Source: Vicinamibacterales bacterium
Lineage (GTDB): Bacteria; Acidobacteriota; Vicinamibacteria; Vicinamibacterales; JAMQPK01
Reading direction: 5' to 3'
NCBI GenBank assembly: GCA_963850725.1
Contig: CAWKMQ010000022.1
Location: 128,347-192,346, forward strand
DNA length: 64,000 nt
Each line of letters opens with the position of its first letter. The first letter of the stretch is position 1. The notes under the pieces were generated by a model, which saw only the letters and a list, made by a program, of their open reading frames with translations, ran no database searches and was not told the origin of the DNA. The position numbers and the translations under genes were made by a program. Below, piece by piece: positions 18,537-28,713 of this stretch.

Positions 18537-19687
18537 CTGATCGGCCTCGACGTGCTCCGGCTTTGGCCATCATGCTCGTGCTTGGTCGGCACATGCCGCC
18601 ACCCCCCGAAACGTGGCCGAGTGGTTGCAGGTCAATCTTCTTGACCTGGCAACGCGGTGGTTGGGTGGGCGTTGATCTGTTTTTTGTTCTTAGCGGATTT
18701 CCTGTATCCGGCTTGCTGTTTACCGAGCACAACTCGCGGAACCGTTTGTCGATTGGCCGCTTTTTCATGCGACGGGGATGGAAGATTATCCTCCCTTCCT
18801 ACACTCATCGCGGCCACGTGATCGGCACGCTCATCCTCGGCGGCTCCATCGAGCCCAGTCGCTCGTATCTGAACTCATGTTCCTTCAGGGCTATGTAAAC
18901 TGGGCTATGGGATCACACCTGGTCGCTCGCGGTCGAAGAGCACTTCTATCTGCTTCTACCGCTTCGACCGATCCTGATGCTGAAAATAACAACAGCGACT
19001 CGCCTACCCCCTAAGCCTCTACCTTGCTCTGGTGGGATGTGTCGCCGTTCTCTCGCTTCTGAGACTGCTCACCTGGCGATATCGACCGATCTATGACCAT
19101 CACACGCACCTTTTTCCCAGTCACCTCAGACTCGACTCGTTGTTCTTCGGCGTTGCGATCTCAGACTGTACCATTTCCATAAGAGCAGGTTTATTCGAAT
19201 CGCTCTCCCCTTGGCGGCGGTGGCTGATAGTCGGCGGGCTTCTGCTGTTTATCCTGCGTTTTTGGTTCCAACTCGAAACGACGCCGTTCATCTTCACCGT
19301 AGGACTGAGCGTCCTCGTGTAGCAAGTGGCATGCTGATGGTAGGCACATTTCTGAGTGCCGTCCCTCCCAGCCGCCCCATCATCGTTATTGCGAGGCTGG
19401 GTGCCTACTCCGATACGATTTATCATGGCACGCGTTTGTGCGGGAATGGGCCGGGCCGGTGGTCGAGGTGGCTTTGGGCAAGGTGGTCGGGGTTCGGCAT
19501 TGAGACCGCGGTGTATCTGTTCGGCTCACTCGCTGTTGGCGTAATCATGGCCAGGATCGTCGAGGTCCCTGCGTTGCAACTGAGAGACTGCCGGTTCCCC
19601 TCACGCACGACCGGGCCGATAGCGGTCTCCAACGCTCCCGCGCGATGGGCAAGAGCCCGCGCGATCGGGAAGAAAATGCAGAATTGA
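18537..19687 (+). pseudogene. Acyltransferase family 3 (OafA/YrhL-like) gene, fragmented over at least 5 frame changes with no canonical start. GC is about 52-53%.
   Basis: Family motifs are scattered over three frames: LIGLDVLR, GWVGVDLFFVLSGF, FLQGY, WSLAVEEHFYL, and LGAYS..IY followed by WHAF in another frame, then IVEVPA. Two 60-nt samples (18841-18900 and 19081-19140) give 53% and 52% GC. Sequencing error cannot be excluded as the cause of fragmentation. Confidence 0.5.
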
Positions 19688-19706
19688 AGGATTTGTTAGG
19701 GAAAGT

Positions 19707-19782
<76 letters not shown>

Positions 19783-19847
19783 ACCGATGTCGCACAAGTG
19801 CTGCGTGCGAACGGCAATTTTACCACAGGCGATACAATTCACCCTCC

Positions 19848-21022
19848 ATGGCTCCTCTCAAACGCATCGGCGTGCTCACGGGCGGCGGCGACGCCCCGGG
19901 ACTGAACGCGGTCATCCGGGCGGTCGTGAAAACGGCCTGCAACGCAGGCATCGAGGTCCTGGGCATCGAGGACAGCTTCGACGGCCTCATCGACGCAGGA
20001 CGCATCGCGCCCGCTGACCCCGAAAGACGTCACCGGCATCCTCCGCCTCGGCGGCACCATCCTCGGCACCACCAATCGCGGCAACCCGTTCGCGTATCCG
20101 GTCGAAACGAAGCGACGGCAAAGTCGACTACTCGGCGCGCGTGGTCGAGAATTTCCACAAGCAGGGCCTCGACGCGCTCGTCGTCATCGGGGGAGACGGC
20201 ACGCTCAGCATCGCCCATCAGTTCGTCAAGCAGGGCATTCCGATCGTCGGCGTGCCGAAAACCATCGACAACGACATCGTCGGCACGGTCAGCACGTTCG
20301 GCTTCGACACGGCCGTCGATTTCGCGACCGAGGCGATCGATCGGCTGCACAGCACGGCGGAAGCGCATCACCGCGTCATGGTGGTCGAGGTGATGGGACG
20401 CTACGCGGGGTGGATCGCGCTCTATGCCGGCGTGGCCGGCGGCGCGGACGTGATTCTGATTCCGGAGATCCCGTTCGACTTGAACATCGTCGCCGAGCGC
20501 CTCAAGGAACGCGAGAGATTCGGCGCGCGCTTCAGCATCGTCGTCGTCGCCGAAGGTGCGGTCCCGATGGGCGGGAAGGTGTCGCTCATCGCGGAAGGCG
20601 ACGCGGCCACGGCCGAACGGCTCGGCGGCCTCAGCGCGGTCTGCGCGCGCGAGCTCGAGAAGCTGACCGGCAAGGAAACGCGGTACGTCGTGCTCGGCCA
20701 CCTGCAGCGCGGCGGCACGCCGACGAGCTTCGATCGCGTCCTGGCGACGCGTTTCGGCGGCAAAGCCGTCGAATGCCTGATGAGAGGGGAGTTCGACGTG
20801 ATGGTGGCCTCACAGCCGCCAGACATCGTGACGGTGCCGCTCGAAGAGATCGGCGGAAAGCAGAAGCGCGTGCCGCCGGATTTCGATCTGGTCCGCACGG
20901 CACGCGCGCTTGGTATCTCGTTCGGAGATCGACGTACGCAGCTCTGCAGTCAAGTGCTCGCGGCTCGTCAACGCGCCACGCGGTTACTTGGTGCCGCTGG
21001 TGCTGACCGCCGCGTCGTGTAG
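19848..21022 (+). CDS. pfkA: ATP-dependent 6-phosphofructokinase, with at least 2 apparent frameshifts
   Basis: [19 protein letters not shown] is in ORF 19848... [17 protein letters not shown] is in a second frame. [25 protein letters not shown] and GHLQRGG are in ORF 20141..21022. Frame switches lie between 20010 and 20140. The true stop may follow GISFGD, near 20925. Confidence 0.85.
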
Positions 21023-21087
21023 CTGTCGAGCGTCTTGGCGAACGCCGTCGACTTCGTCCGGCGGCTTGACTGCCACCGAACAGCACC

Positions 21088-21703
21088 TCACGCGCCGTCG
21101 ATGTTCGGGCCGTAGACGTCCTTCATGTCGCTGTCTGCGGTTTCGATGACGGCGCCCTCGAGCGCAACGCCGGCAAAGAGTCCTTTGCTGCGCGAGTAGC
21201 TCAGAATCTTCGCGTTGAACTTGGCGTCGGTGTCGGCGGCCGCCTCACGGCCAACCGGACCGGCGGCGACCGACATGCTCCCGCCCAGCTTGACCTTGGA
21301 TTCCAGCAGGCTCTTCGCGCTCTCGGGCGTCATGAACAGCATGATGTAGTCGGTGGATTCCACGCCGATCTGCAAGCCAAAGCTGCCACCGCCGATGTTG
21401 AGATACGCCGGCGCGCTCCAGCCGTTCGCCATTGCGGCAGGCCGCGACGCCACGCCCGCCCCGTCCGCCGAAACCGAACGCCGCCTTGAGCACCGAGGGA
21501 AATACGGCGATGCAGTCGGCGTCGTCGAGAACCCCCTGCGGAATGCCCTTGTCGGGCGCGCTCATGATTTCGCGAAACATCGTTGCCGCCTTCGTCGTCT
21601 GCTCGATCTCGTCGTGGATATCCTTGGCGGCCGTCTGTGCGGCCGCCTGGCCTGCCATGCCGACGATGAGGCAAATCGGCAGACTCAGCAAAACCCTTTT
21701 CAT
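21088..21703 (-). CDS. SYLF (DUF500/Ysc84-like) lipid-binding domain protein, secreted, with one apparent frameshift
   Basis: ORF 21245..21871 is read from the internal Met (MKRVLLSLPICLIVGMAG), joined to ORF 21088..21453 (GGGSFGLQIG, KLGGSMSVAAGPVGR, SRSKGLFAGVALEG). GGAGGAG lies 7 nt upstream of the ATG. The frame switch is near 21440. Confidence 0.7.
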
Positions 21704-21878
21704 ATGAAGACTCCTCCGCCTGGCTCCATGTGCAAGGGGAGCGCCACACCCTGGCCGCGGGAAAGTCGAAATCATGAGTGAATTGCTCGAAGGGATGGGG
21801 CAGATGGCTGACCAGCTTAGACATGATCCGTCATGGAGATGGCAGACCGGTCCGTGACTTGCCAGCCCCAAGACAGGT

Positions 21879-22448
21879 CTAGTGGCCCAGCAGGTCGGCG
21901 TCCTTCTTCTTCTGGGCGTCGTCGATGAGCTTGACGTGCTGATCGGTGATTCTCTGAACCTCGTCCAGCCCCTTGCGCTCGTCGTCTTCGGAAATCTTCG
22001 AGTCCTTCAGCAGCTTCTTGAGGCGATCGTTGGCGTCGCGCCGGATGCCGCGAACGGTGTTGCGCCCTTCCTCGGCCATCTTGTGGACGTGTCGAGACAA
22101 CTCCTTGCGCCGTTCGTCGGTCAGGGTCGGAATGGGGATGCGCACGACCTTGCCGTCGTTGGCGGGGTTCAGGCCGAGATCGGAGATCCGAATCGCACGC
22201 TCGACCGCGCCAATCAGAGAGGGATCGAACGGCTGCGCCACGATGAGCGTGGGCTCGGGAATCGAGAGGCCCGCCACCTGGTTGAGCGGAACCTTGGTGC
22301 CGTAGGCCTCCACCTGCACGTGATCGAGCAGGGCGGTCGACGCCCGGCCGGTGCGTACGCCGGCCAGCTCGTGTTTGACGTGCTCCAGAATGCCGTCCAT
22401 CCGCTTGTTGACTTCGCCGAAGATGCCTTTGAGGTCGTTGACGTCCAT
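21879..22448 (-). CDS. frr: Ribosome recycling factor
   Basis: Intact 189-aa ORF with [32 protein letters not shown] and IRRDAND. Confidence 0.9.
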   Translation of the reverse strand: MDVNDLKGIFGEVNKRMDGILEHVKHELAGVRTGRASTALLDHVQVEAYGTKVPLNQVAGLSIPEPTLIVAQPFDPSLIGAVERAIRISDLGLNPANDGKVVRIPIPTLTDERRKELSRHVHKMAEEGRNTVRGIRRDANDRLKKLLKDSKISEDDERKGLDEVQRITDQHVKLIDDAQKKKDADLLGH

Positions 22449-22454
22449 AAGTCG

Positions 22455-23190
22455 ATCTCCCCGCCGTTCATATCCGTCACGAGTGAACCGACGGGCTCGC
22501 CCATGACGGTCCGGCGCAGGTTGCCGGGTGTGCGCAGGTTGAAAATAATGATGGGCAGGCGATTGTCCATGCAGAGCGTGATCGCCGTGGAGTCCATCAC
22601 CCGCAATCCCTTGTCGATGACTTCGAGGTAGGAAATCCTGTCGAACCGCGTGGCCTGCTTGTCGATCATGGGGTCGGCGGTGTAGATGCCGTCGACCTTC
22701 GTGCCCTTCAGGATGACGTCGGCCTTCATTTCCATCGCGCGGAGCGCGGCCGCGGTATCGGTCGTGAAGTACGGGTTGCCCGTGCCCGCGGCAAAGATGA
22801 CGACGCGGCCTTTTTCGAGGTGGCGGATGGCCCGGCGGCGGATGAACGGCTCGGCCACGGCGCGCATCTCGATGGCCGTGACGACGCGCGTCAGCACGCC
22901 CTGCTGCTCGAGCGCGTCCTGCATGGCCAGCCCGTTGATGACGGTCGCCAGCATGCCCATGTAGTCGCCCGTGGCGCGATCCATGCCTTTTGCGCTGGCC
23001 GCCACGCCGCGGAAGATATTGCCCCCGCCGATGACGATGCCGACCTCGACGCCGAGGCTCTGTATGTCCTTGATGTCCACGGCGATGCGCGGTGGTGACG
23101 GCGGGATCGATGCCGAAGGTGCTGCTCGCCCATCAACGCCTCCCCCGACAGTTTCAACAGGATGCGTTTGTAAACGGGGGCGGCGGGCAT
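22455..23190 (-). CDS. pyrH: UMP kinase, with apparent frameshifts. The 3' end is uncertain.
   Basis: [13 protein letters not shown] is in ORF 22891..23190. [52 protein letters not shown] and MD..A are inside the long ORF 22214..23836. The frame switch is near 23110. No in-frame stop occurs before frr. Confidence 0.8.
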
Positions 23191-23200
23191 GGCGAAGGAG

Positions 23201-23300
23201 AATTATAGTCGAAAGTCGCAGGTCGAAAGTCGCTAGTCGCAAGTCCAGTCGCGCCAGTCGATCGACCGTGGCGCACTGCGACTGCGACTTGCGACTACTC
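23201..23300. repeat. Mirrored heptamer array: AGTCG(C/A)A about 8 times (period 7), then TGCGACT 3 times
   Basis: GTCG starts at 23208, 23215, 23222, 23229, 23236, 23248 and 23257. Inverted units begin at 23279, 23285 and 23292. The array lies between the tsf 3' end and the pyrH start. Confidence 0.85.
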
Positions 23301-23898
23301 GGCGCGCTTTCGCCGATCTTGTAACGCGCGAAGCGGCTGACGTGATGTTCTCGCCCATTTTCGCGGTGGCGTCGGCGATGAGCTGCGAGATCTTCACGTT
23401 CGGATCGCGGATGGACTTCTGATCGAGCAGGACGACCTGTTCGAAAAACGCGTCGAGCTTGCCCTCGACGATTTTCTCGATGATTTCCGGCTTCTTGCCC
23501 GACTGGGCCATCTGGGCGCGATAGATGTCTTTTTCCTTCTCGAGCACGGCCGCGGGGACTTCGTCGCGCCGCGCGTACTTCGGATCGGCCGCCGCGATGT
23601 GCATCGCGATTTCCTTCACGAGCGCGCCGAACTGGTCGGTGCGCGCCACGAAATCGGATTCGCAGTTCACCTCCACCAGGACGCCGATCTTGCCGCCCAT
23701 GTGGATGTAGCTGCCGATCGACCCCTGGCTGGTGGTCCGGCCCGCTTTCTTGGCGGCCGACGCCAGCCCGCGCTTGCGGAGCAGGGTGGTGGCCGCTTCG
23801 ATGTCGCCGTTCGCTTCGGTGAGCGCCGCCTTGCATTCCATGAAGCCGGCGCCGGTCATGTCACGAAGCTTCTTTACGAGTGCAGCAGAAATTTCCAT
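23295..23898 (-). CDS. tsf: Elongation factor Ts (short form), with an apparent frameshift near the 3' end. The stop is uncertain.
   Basis: ORF 23233..23898 carries [20 protein letters not shown]-type N-terminus, [10 protein letters not shown] and LLDQ. The C-terminal [11 protein letters not shown] is in another frame. A candidate TAG lies at 23297-23295. Confidence 0.85.
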
Positions 23899-23916
23899 CT
23901 CATCTCCGACGAGTAC

Positions 23917-23949
23917 AAAAAAAGCGCCGGTCGGCGTTCGACCGGCGCT
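23917..23949 (-). terminator. Rho-independent terminator/attenuator between rpsB and tsf
   Basis: The minus strand reads AGCGCCGGTCG-AACGC-CGACCGGCGCT followed by TTTTTT. That is an 11-bp perfect stem, a 5-nt loop and a T-run. Confidence 0.8.
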
Positions 23950-23967
23950 CGGTCAGCTCGGGGATAC

Positions 23968-24807
23968 CTACACGCCGGCGGGAGACGTCGCCGCTTCCGC
24001 GACCGCTCGCCGGGTCGGGCGCGCGCCGCGCTTGTCGTCGGCGCCGCCATCGTCCTGTGCGGCGGCCGATTCGGCCTGCGCCGATTCGCGGGCGCCGCGG
24101 CCCGCGTTGACGGCGTCGGCAATCCGCGCGGCGAACAGCCGGATCGCGCGCAGGGCGTCGTCGTTGCCGGGAATACGGAAGTCGACTTCATCGGGATCGC
24201 AGTTGGTGTCGACGATGCCGATGATCGGAATCTTGAGCTTCCGCGCTTCGTCCACCGCAATTTTCTCTTTGCGCGTGTCGACGATGAAGACGGCGTCGGG
24301 CAGCTTCGCCATGCCGCGAATGCCCTCGAGGTTCTTCTCGAGCTTGCGGCGCTCCTTCTCGAGGCGCGCGACTTCCTTCTTCGAAAGGGTGTCGTACCGG
24401 CCGTCGGTGGACATCGACTCGAGGTCGCGGAGACGCGCCAGGCTGCGCTGGATGGTGTTGAAATTGGTGAGGAGTCCGCCAAGCCATCGCTGGTTGACGA
24501 AGTACATGCCCGAGCGCACCGCCTCTTCGGCGATGACGTCCTGGGCCTGCCGCTTCGTACCAACAAAGAGGAGGGTCTTTCCCTCGGCGGCGAGATTCAT
24601 GACGAAGTCTTCGGCTTCCTTGAACAGCTTGACCGTCTTGCCCAGGTCAATGATGTAGATACCGTTGCGCTCGCCGAAAATGTACTCCTTCATCTTCGGG
24701 TTCCAGCGCTTCGTCTGGTGCCCGAAGTGCACTCCGGCTTCCAGCAAATCCTTCATGGCGATCGGGGTCAAGCGGCCTCCATACCTTTCCAATCTCCTCC
24801 TCGGCAC
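23968..24807 (-). CDS. rpsB: 30S ribosomal protein S2
   Basis: Intact ORF with [33 protein letters not shown] and IVDTN. The true start may be the internal Met at 24756. Confidence 0.9.
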   Translation of the reverse strand: MPRRRLERYGGRLTPIAMKDLLEAGVHFGHQTKRWNPKMKEYIFGERNGIYIIDLGKTVKLFKEAEDFVMNLAAEGKTLLFVGTKRQAQDVIAEEAVRSGMYFVNQRWLGGLLTNFNTIQRSLARLRDLESMSTDGRYDTLSKKEVARLEKERRKLEKNLEGIRGMAKLPDAVFIVDTRKEKIAVDEARKLKIPIIGIVDTNCDPDEVDFRIPGNDDALRAIRLFAARIADAVNAGRGARESAQAESAAAQDDGGADDKRGARPTRRAVAEAATSPAGV

Positions 24808-24843
24808 CGGCGCAACTGACGTTGCGCCCTACCGTTCGTGTAG

Positions 24844-25236
24844 CTAACGTTTGCTGAACTGGAAACGCTTACGCGCGCCAGCCATGCCGTATTTCTTGCG
24901 CTCTTTCGCGCGGGCGTCGCGCGTCAGCAAGCCGCCCTTTTTCAACGCTTTGCGCAGTTCGGCGTTGTATGCCACCAGCGCGCGCGCGATCCCGAGCCGC
25001 ACGGCCCCCGCCTGCCCGTTGATGCCGCCGCCCGCGACGGTGCAGACCACGTCGAACTGCTCAACGGTTTGCGTCAGCACCAACGGCGTCTTGATTTGGG
25101 TTCGCAGGGCTTCGGTGGGGAAGAACGCGTTGAACTCGCGGTGGTTAACGGTGACGGTACCCTTACCTGGCCTCAGGAAGACTCGTGCGGACGACGTCTT
25201 CCGGCGGCCGGTTGCGTAAAATTCTGTGACTGGCAA
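24844..25236 (-). CDS. rpsI: 30S ribosomal protein S9 (TTG start)
   Basis: Intact ORF with [33 protein letters not shown] and [10 protein letters not shown]. Confidence 0.9.
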   Translation of the reverse strand: MPVTEFYATGRRKTSSARVFLRPGKGTVTVNHREFNAFFPTEALRTQIKTPLVLTQTVEQFDVVCTVAGGGINGQAGAVRLGIARALVAYNAELRKALKKGGLLTRDARAKERKKYGMAGARKRFQFSKR

Positions 25237-25237
25237 C

Positions 25238-25670
25238 TTATGCGACCTCGAGTGACTGTGGCTTCTGAGCCGTGTGTGGATGATCGGGGCCGGCGTACAC
25301 CTTCAGCTTGCGGTACATGGCCGCGCCGAGCGTCGTTTTGGGAAGCATGCCGTGCACGGCTTCCTCGACGATACGACGTCGGGCGCGCCTGGCGGACGAT
25401 CTTCGCGCGTTCTTCGCGCAGGCCGCCCTCGTAGCCGCTGTGACGCCGATACAGCTTCTGCTCTTCCTTGCGCCCGGTCAGTTTCACCTTGGCCGCATTG
25501 ACAATGACAACGTGATCGCCGGTGTCGATAAACGGGGTATAGGTGGCCTTGTGCTTTCCCTGAAGCAATCTGGCCGCCAGGGTCGCGATACGGCCGAGCA
25601 CCTGCCCGTCGGCATCGATGACGTGCCAACGGCTTTCAATGGTCTTCGGAGTGGCTACATACGTCCGCAT
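25238..25670 (-). CDS. rplM: 50S ribosomal protein L13, with one apparent frameshift
   Basis: [29 protein letters not shown]...[11 protein letters not shown] is in ORF 25173..25865. The C-terminus [28 protein letters not shown]...LEVA* is in another frame. The frame switch is near 25385. Confidence 0.88.
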
Positions 25671-25716
25671 GAAACGATGGATCCTCTGAGAAAAACTGGC
25701 ACAACGGTAAACCCAA

Positions 25717-25745
25717 ATCTTACGTGGAGTTGTCAAGAGTGTCAA
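25717..25745 (-). promoter_or_regulatory. Candidate sigma-70 promoter for rplM-rpsI
   Basis: The minus strand reads TTGACA (25745-25740), a 17-nt spacer, then TAAGAT (25722-25717). It lies about 45 nt upstream of the rplM ATG, in a lower-GC intergenic region. Confidence 0.45.
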
Positions 25746-25958
25746 GTGACTGAGCCGTACAGCATTGCACTCGTAAGTGATTTCCCCATCAAGCTCGAAA
25801 GCGCGAACGCCGATACCTACAGCGGCGGCATCGATGCAGATCACAGCTTCGTTATTCGGCGACAAAAGCGTGATCGAATCTGCCGTGGATCGCCGATTTT
25901 CGTCGGTGATGTTGCGGGCGCCGGTGGCACCGGCCTTGCCCGTCGGAGCGCACGAACC

Positions 25959-27032
25959 GTGAAGAGCTTTTCTTTATTCACTAAAAGCCGATCCGTGGTC
26001 GGACTCGATATTGGCTCGAGCGCCGTCAAGGCGGTCGAACTGAAGGCCGCCGGCAAGGGCTATCGCGTCGCGGCGTACGGCACCGAGGCCGTGCCGCCCG
26101 ACAGCATCGTCGACGGCGCCATCATCGATGGCACCGCGGTGGCCGAAGCGATCCGCCGCGTGTTCGAGTCGAAGGCCTTCAAGACCAAGGACGTCGCGGC
26201 GTCGCTCTCGGGCAACGCCGTCATCGTCAAGAAGATCTCGCTGCCGGTGATGACGGCCAGCGAGCTCGACGAATCCATCTACTGGGAAGCCGAGCAGTAC
26301 ATCCCGTTCGACATCCAGGACGTCAACCTGGACTACCAGATTCTCGACGCCGGCGGCGCCGACGCGAAGGGCACGATGGAAGTGCTCCTGGTCGCCGCCA
26401 AGAAGGAAAAGATCGCGGACTACACCGGCGTGATTGCCCAGGCCGGCCGCACGCCGGTCGTGGTCGATGTGGACGCCTTCGCGCTGCAGAACGCCTACGA
26501 GCTGAACTACGGCTTCGAGCCGGGCGCGGTCGTCGTGCTGCTCAACGCGGGTGCGAGCGCCATCAACATCAACATCATCGCGAACGCGCAGTCGGTGTTC
26601 ACGCGCGACATCTCGCTTGGCGGAAACGCCTACACCGAGGCCGTGCAGCGTGAGCTGAATCTGCCATTCGAGAGCGCCGAGCTCCTGAAAAAGGGGACAC
26701 CCGTCGATGGCGCGACCTTTGAAGACGTCATGCCCGTCCTGCGGGCGATGACGGAGAACGTGCTGCTGGAAGTGCAGAAGACGTTCGACTTCTTCAAGGC
26801 GACGGCGTCGACCGATCACATCGACCGCATCATGCTCAGCGGTGGCGCCTCGCGCGTCGAAGGGTTCGCCGAGGCCCTGCAGGAGCGGTTCGGCACGCCG
26901 GTCGAGATGTTCGATCCGTTCCGGAAGGTGACGCTCGACGGAAAGAAGTACTCCGCCGATCAGCGCGCGACGATCGCGCCCACGGCGGCGGTGGCGGTCG
27001 GGCTGGCGCTCAGACGGGCAGGTGACCGGTGA
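25959..27032 (+). CDS. pilM: Type IV pilus assembly protein PilM (actin-like ATPase fold), GTG start
   Basis: This is the C-terminal 357 aa of ORF 25308..27032; the upstream part of that ORF is antisense to rplM. Motifs are [24 protein letters not shown] and ISLGGN. Confidence 0.85.
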   Translation: MKSFSLFTKSRSVVGLDIGSSAVKAVELKAAGKGYRVAAYGTEAVPPDSIVDGAIIDGTAVAEAIRRVFESKAFKTKDVAASLSGNAVIVKKISLPVMTASELDESIYWEAEQYIPFDIQDVNLDYQILDAGGADAKGTMEVLLVAAKKEKIADYTGVIAQAGRTPVVVDVDAFALQNAYELNYGFEPGAVVVLLNAGASAININIIANAQSVFTRDISLGGNAYTEAVQRELNLPFESAELLKKGTPVDGATFEDVMPVLRAMTENVLLEVQKTFDFFKATASTDHIDRIMLSGGASRVEGFAEALQERFGTPVEMFDPFRKVTLDGKKYSADQRATIAPTAAVAVGLALRRAGDR

Positions 27033-27604
27033 TCAAAATCAACCTGCTCGCCGTCGATCGCGATCGCACCAAGCGCAAGGCGAAGTTCCAGATCGGCCAG
27101 AAGATCACCGCCGCGTGCAGCCTCGTGCTGGTCGTCGCCGCGCTGGGCGTGGGCTGGTGGTTCTGGTACCTGCAGCGCACGTCCACGGAGCTCGACGAGC
27201 AGATCGCGGCGGCGCAGCGCGAGACGCAGCGCCTGCAGAGCATCATCCTGCAGGTGCAGCAGTTCGAGGCGCGGCGTGCGCAGTTGCAGCAGCGCGTCAC
27301 GCTCATCGAGCAGCTGCGCAAGGGACAGACGGGGCCGGTGCATCTGCTCGACCACGTGAGCCGCGCGCTGCCCGACTCGATGTGGCTGACCGACTTGAAA
27401 AATACCGGCGCCGATGTGGCCATCGACGGCCGGTGCACGTCGCTCACCTCGCTGTCGGACTTCATCAGCGGGCTGGAAGGCTCGAAGCTGTTTGCGGGCG
27501 CCGTCGAGATCGTCGACAGCCGCGTCGAGCTGGCGACGAACACGACGCCCGAGCTGATTCGTTTTTCGGTGAAAGGAAAGCTCCTCGCGGGAGCTGCGAA
27601 TTAA
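27029..27604 (+). CDS. pilN: Type IV pilus assembly protein PilN
   Basis: INLL motif at the N-terminus, a single TM helix, then a coiled coil. It overlaps the pilM stop and sits in the expected operon position. Confidence 0.8.
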   Translation: MIKINLLAVDRDRTKRKAKFQIGQKITAACSLVLVVAALGVGWWFWYLQRTSTELDEQIAAAQRETQRLQSIILQVQQFEARRAQLQQRVTLIEQLRKGQTGPVHLLDHVSRALPDSMWLTDLKNTGADVAIDGRCTSLTSLSDFISGLEGSKLFAGAVEIVDSRVELATNTTPELIRFSVKGKLLAGAAN

Positions 27605-27608
27605 CGGC

Positions 27609-28196
27609 ATGGACCTGAATCTCAACAAAATCCCGTGGTACGGCCAGGTCGGCATGTTCGTCGTCATCGCGCTGGCGATGGTCGGCGTGTTCTACTACTT
27701 CTACGTCGTGCCGACCGAGGCCGAGATGGCGACGCGCGAGACGCAGCTGACCGCGCTCCGCACCGACATCGCGAAAGGCGCGTCGACGGCGGCCCAGTTG
27801 CCCCAGTTCAAGCAGCAGGTGAGCGAGCTGGAGACGCGGCTCGAGGGTCTGAAGGCGGTTCTGCCCGAACACAAGGACGTGAGCGATCTGCTCCGGCGGA
27901 TTCAGACGCTCGCGACGCAGTCGAATCTGGCGATCCGCGCCTTCAAGCCGGCGCCGTCGGTCACCAAGCAGCTTCACGAGGAATGGCCCATTCAGCTCCA
28001 GCTGGACGGCACGTACCACAACCTGGCGATGTTCTTCGATCGCGTCAGCAAGTTCTCCCGAATCATCAACGTGAGCAACATCTCGATTCGGGGCAAGGAA
28101 AAGCCCGACGCGACGTCCACGATCACGGTCGACTGCACGGCGACCACGTTCGTGCTGCTCGAGGCCGCGAAGCCAGCCGCGGCAAAGGCGAACTGA
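27609..28196 (+). CDS. pilO: Type IV pilus assembly protein PilO
   Basis: TM helix plus coiled coil, and a C-terminal ferredoxin-like part (WPIQLQLDGTYHNLAMFFDRVSKFSRIINV). Confidence 0.8.
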   Translation: MDLNLNKIPWYGQVGMFVVIALAMVGVFYYFYVVPTEAEMATRETQLTALRTDIAKGASTAAQLPQFKQQVSELETRLEGLKAVLPEHKDVSDLLRRIQTLATQSNLAIRAFKPAPSVTKQLHEEWPIQLQLDGTYHNLAMFFDRVSKFSRIINVSNISIRGKEKPDATSTITVDCTATTFVLLEAAKPAAAKAN

Positions 28197-28197
28197 C

Positions 28198-28713
28198 GTG
28201 ACTTCAATCCTTACGCGCGCTGCCTTGTGCGTCGGACTGCTGCTTGGCGCATCGGTGCTCGCCTCGGCGCAGGGTGCGCCGGCGGCGCAGCCCACGGCTC
28301 CGCAGCCGGCCGCCGCTCAGCCCGGTGCACCGGCCGCACCGGCACCGGCCGCGCCGGCGCCCGAGGCGTACACCTACGAGCCCGACGGCCGGCGCGATCC
28401 ATTTATCAACCTGTTGTCGCGGGGCGCCGATCAGGCGACTCCAGGCCGGAAGACGTCCGGCCTCTCGGGGCTGGCCACCGGCGACGTGATGCTGCGCGGC
28501 GTGCTGGCGAGCCGCGGCGCGTTCGTCGCGATGGTGTCGGGACCGGACGGAAAGACGTACGCGGCGCACGCCAACGATCGGCTGCTCGACGGCGTCATCC
28601 GAACTGTGACGGCGAACGGCATCGTCATCATGCAGGAAGTCAACGATCCGCTCTCGCTGGTCAAGCAGCGGGAAGTGCGAAAGGGACTCAGGACCGCGGA
28701 AGATGTTAAATAA
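28198..28713 (+). CDS. pilP: PilP-like pilus assembly protein
   Basis: Signal peptide, Pro/Ala-rich linker, RRDPF motif and a beta domain (LRGVLASRGAFVAMVSGPDGKTY). It lies between pilO and pilQ. Confidence 0.7.
   Translation: MTSILTRAALCVGLLLGASVLASAQGAPAAQPTAPQPAAAQPGAPAAPAPAAPAPEAYTYEPDGRRDPFINLLSRGADQATPGRKTSGLSGLATGDVMLRGVLASRGAFVAMVSGPDGKTYAAHANDRLLDGVIRTVTANGIVIMQEVNDPLSLVKQREVRKGLRTAEDVK

Noticed and set aside
22214-23836. A 540-aa ORF spanning tsf, pyrH and part of frr.
   Set aside because: It is a chimera of reading frames. Only its middle section is the true pyrH frame and a short part is the true tsf C-terminus; the rest is out of frame. It arises because indels removed the natural stops.
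24809-24828. The hairpin GGCGCAAC-tgac-GTTGCGCC between rpsI and rpsB, considered as a terminator.
   Set aside because: The 8-bp stem is real, but no U-run follows on the coding strand. The 36-nt spacer leaves no room for a separate rpsB promoter, so its function is unclear and I did not annotate it.
25308-25958. The N-terminal 217 aa of the 574-aa ORF 25308..27032.
   Set aside because: That part is antisense to rplM and then crosses the intergenic promoter region. PilM homology begins only at GTG 25959.
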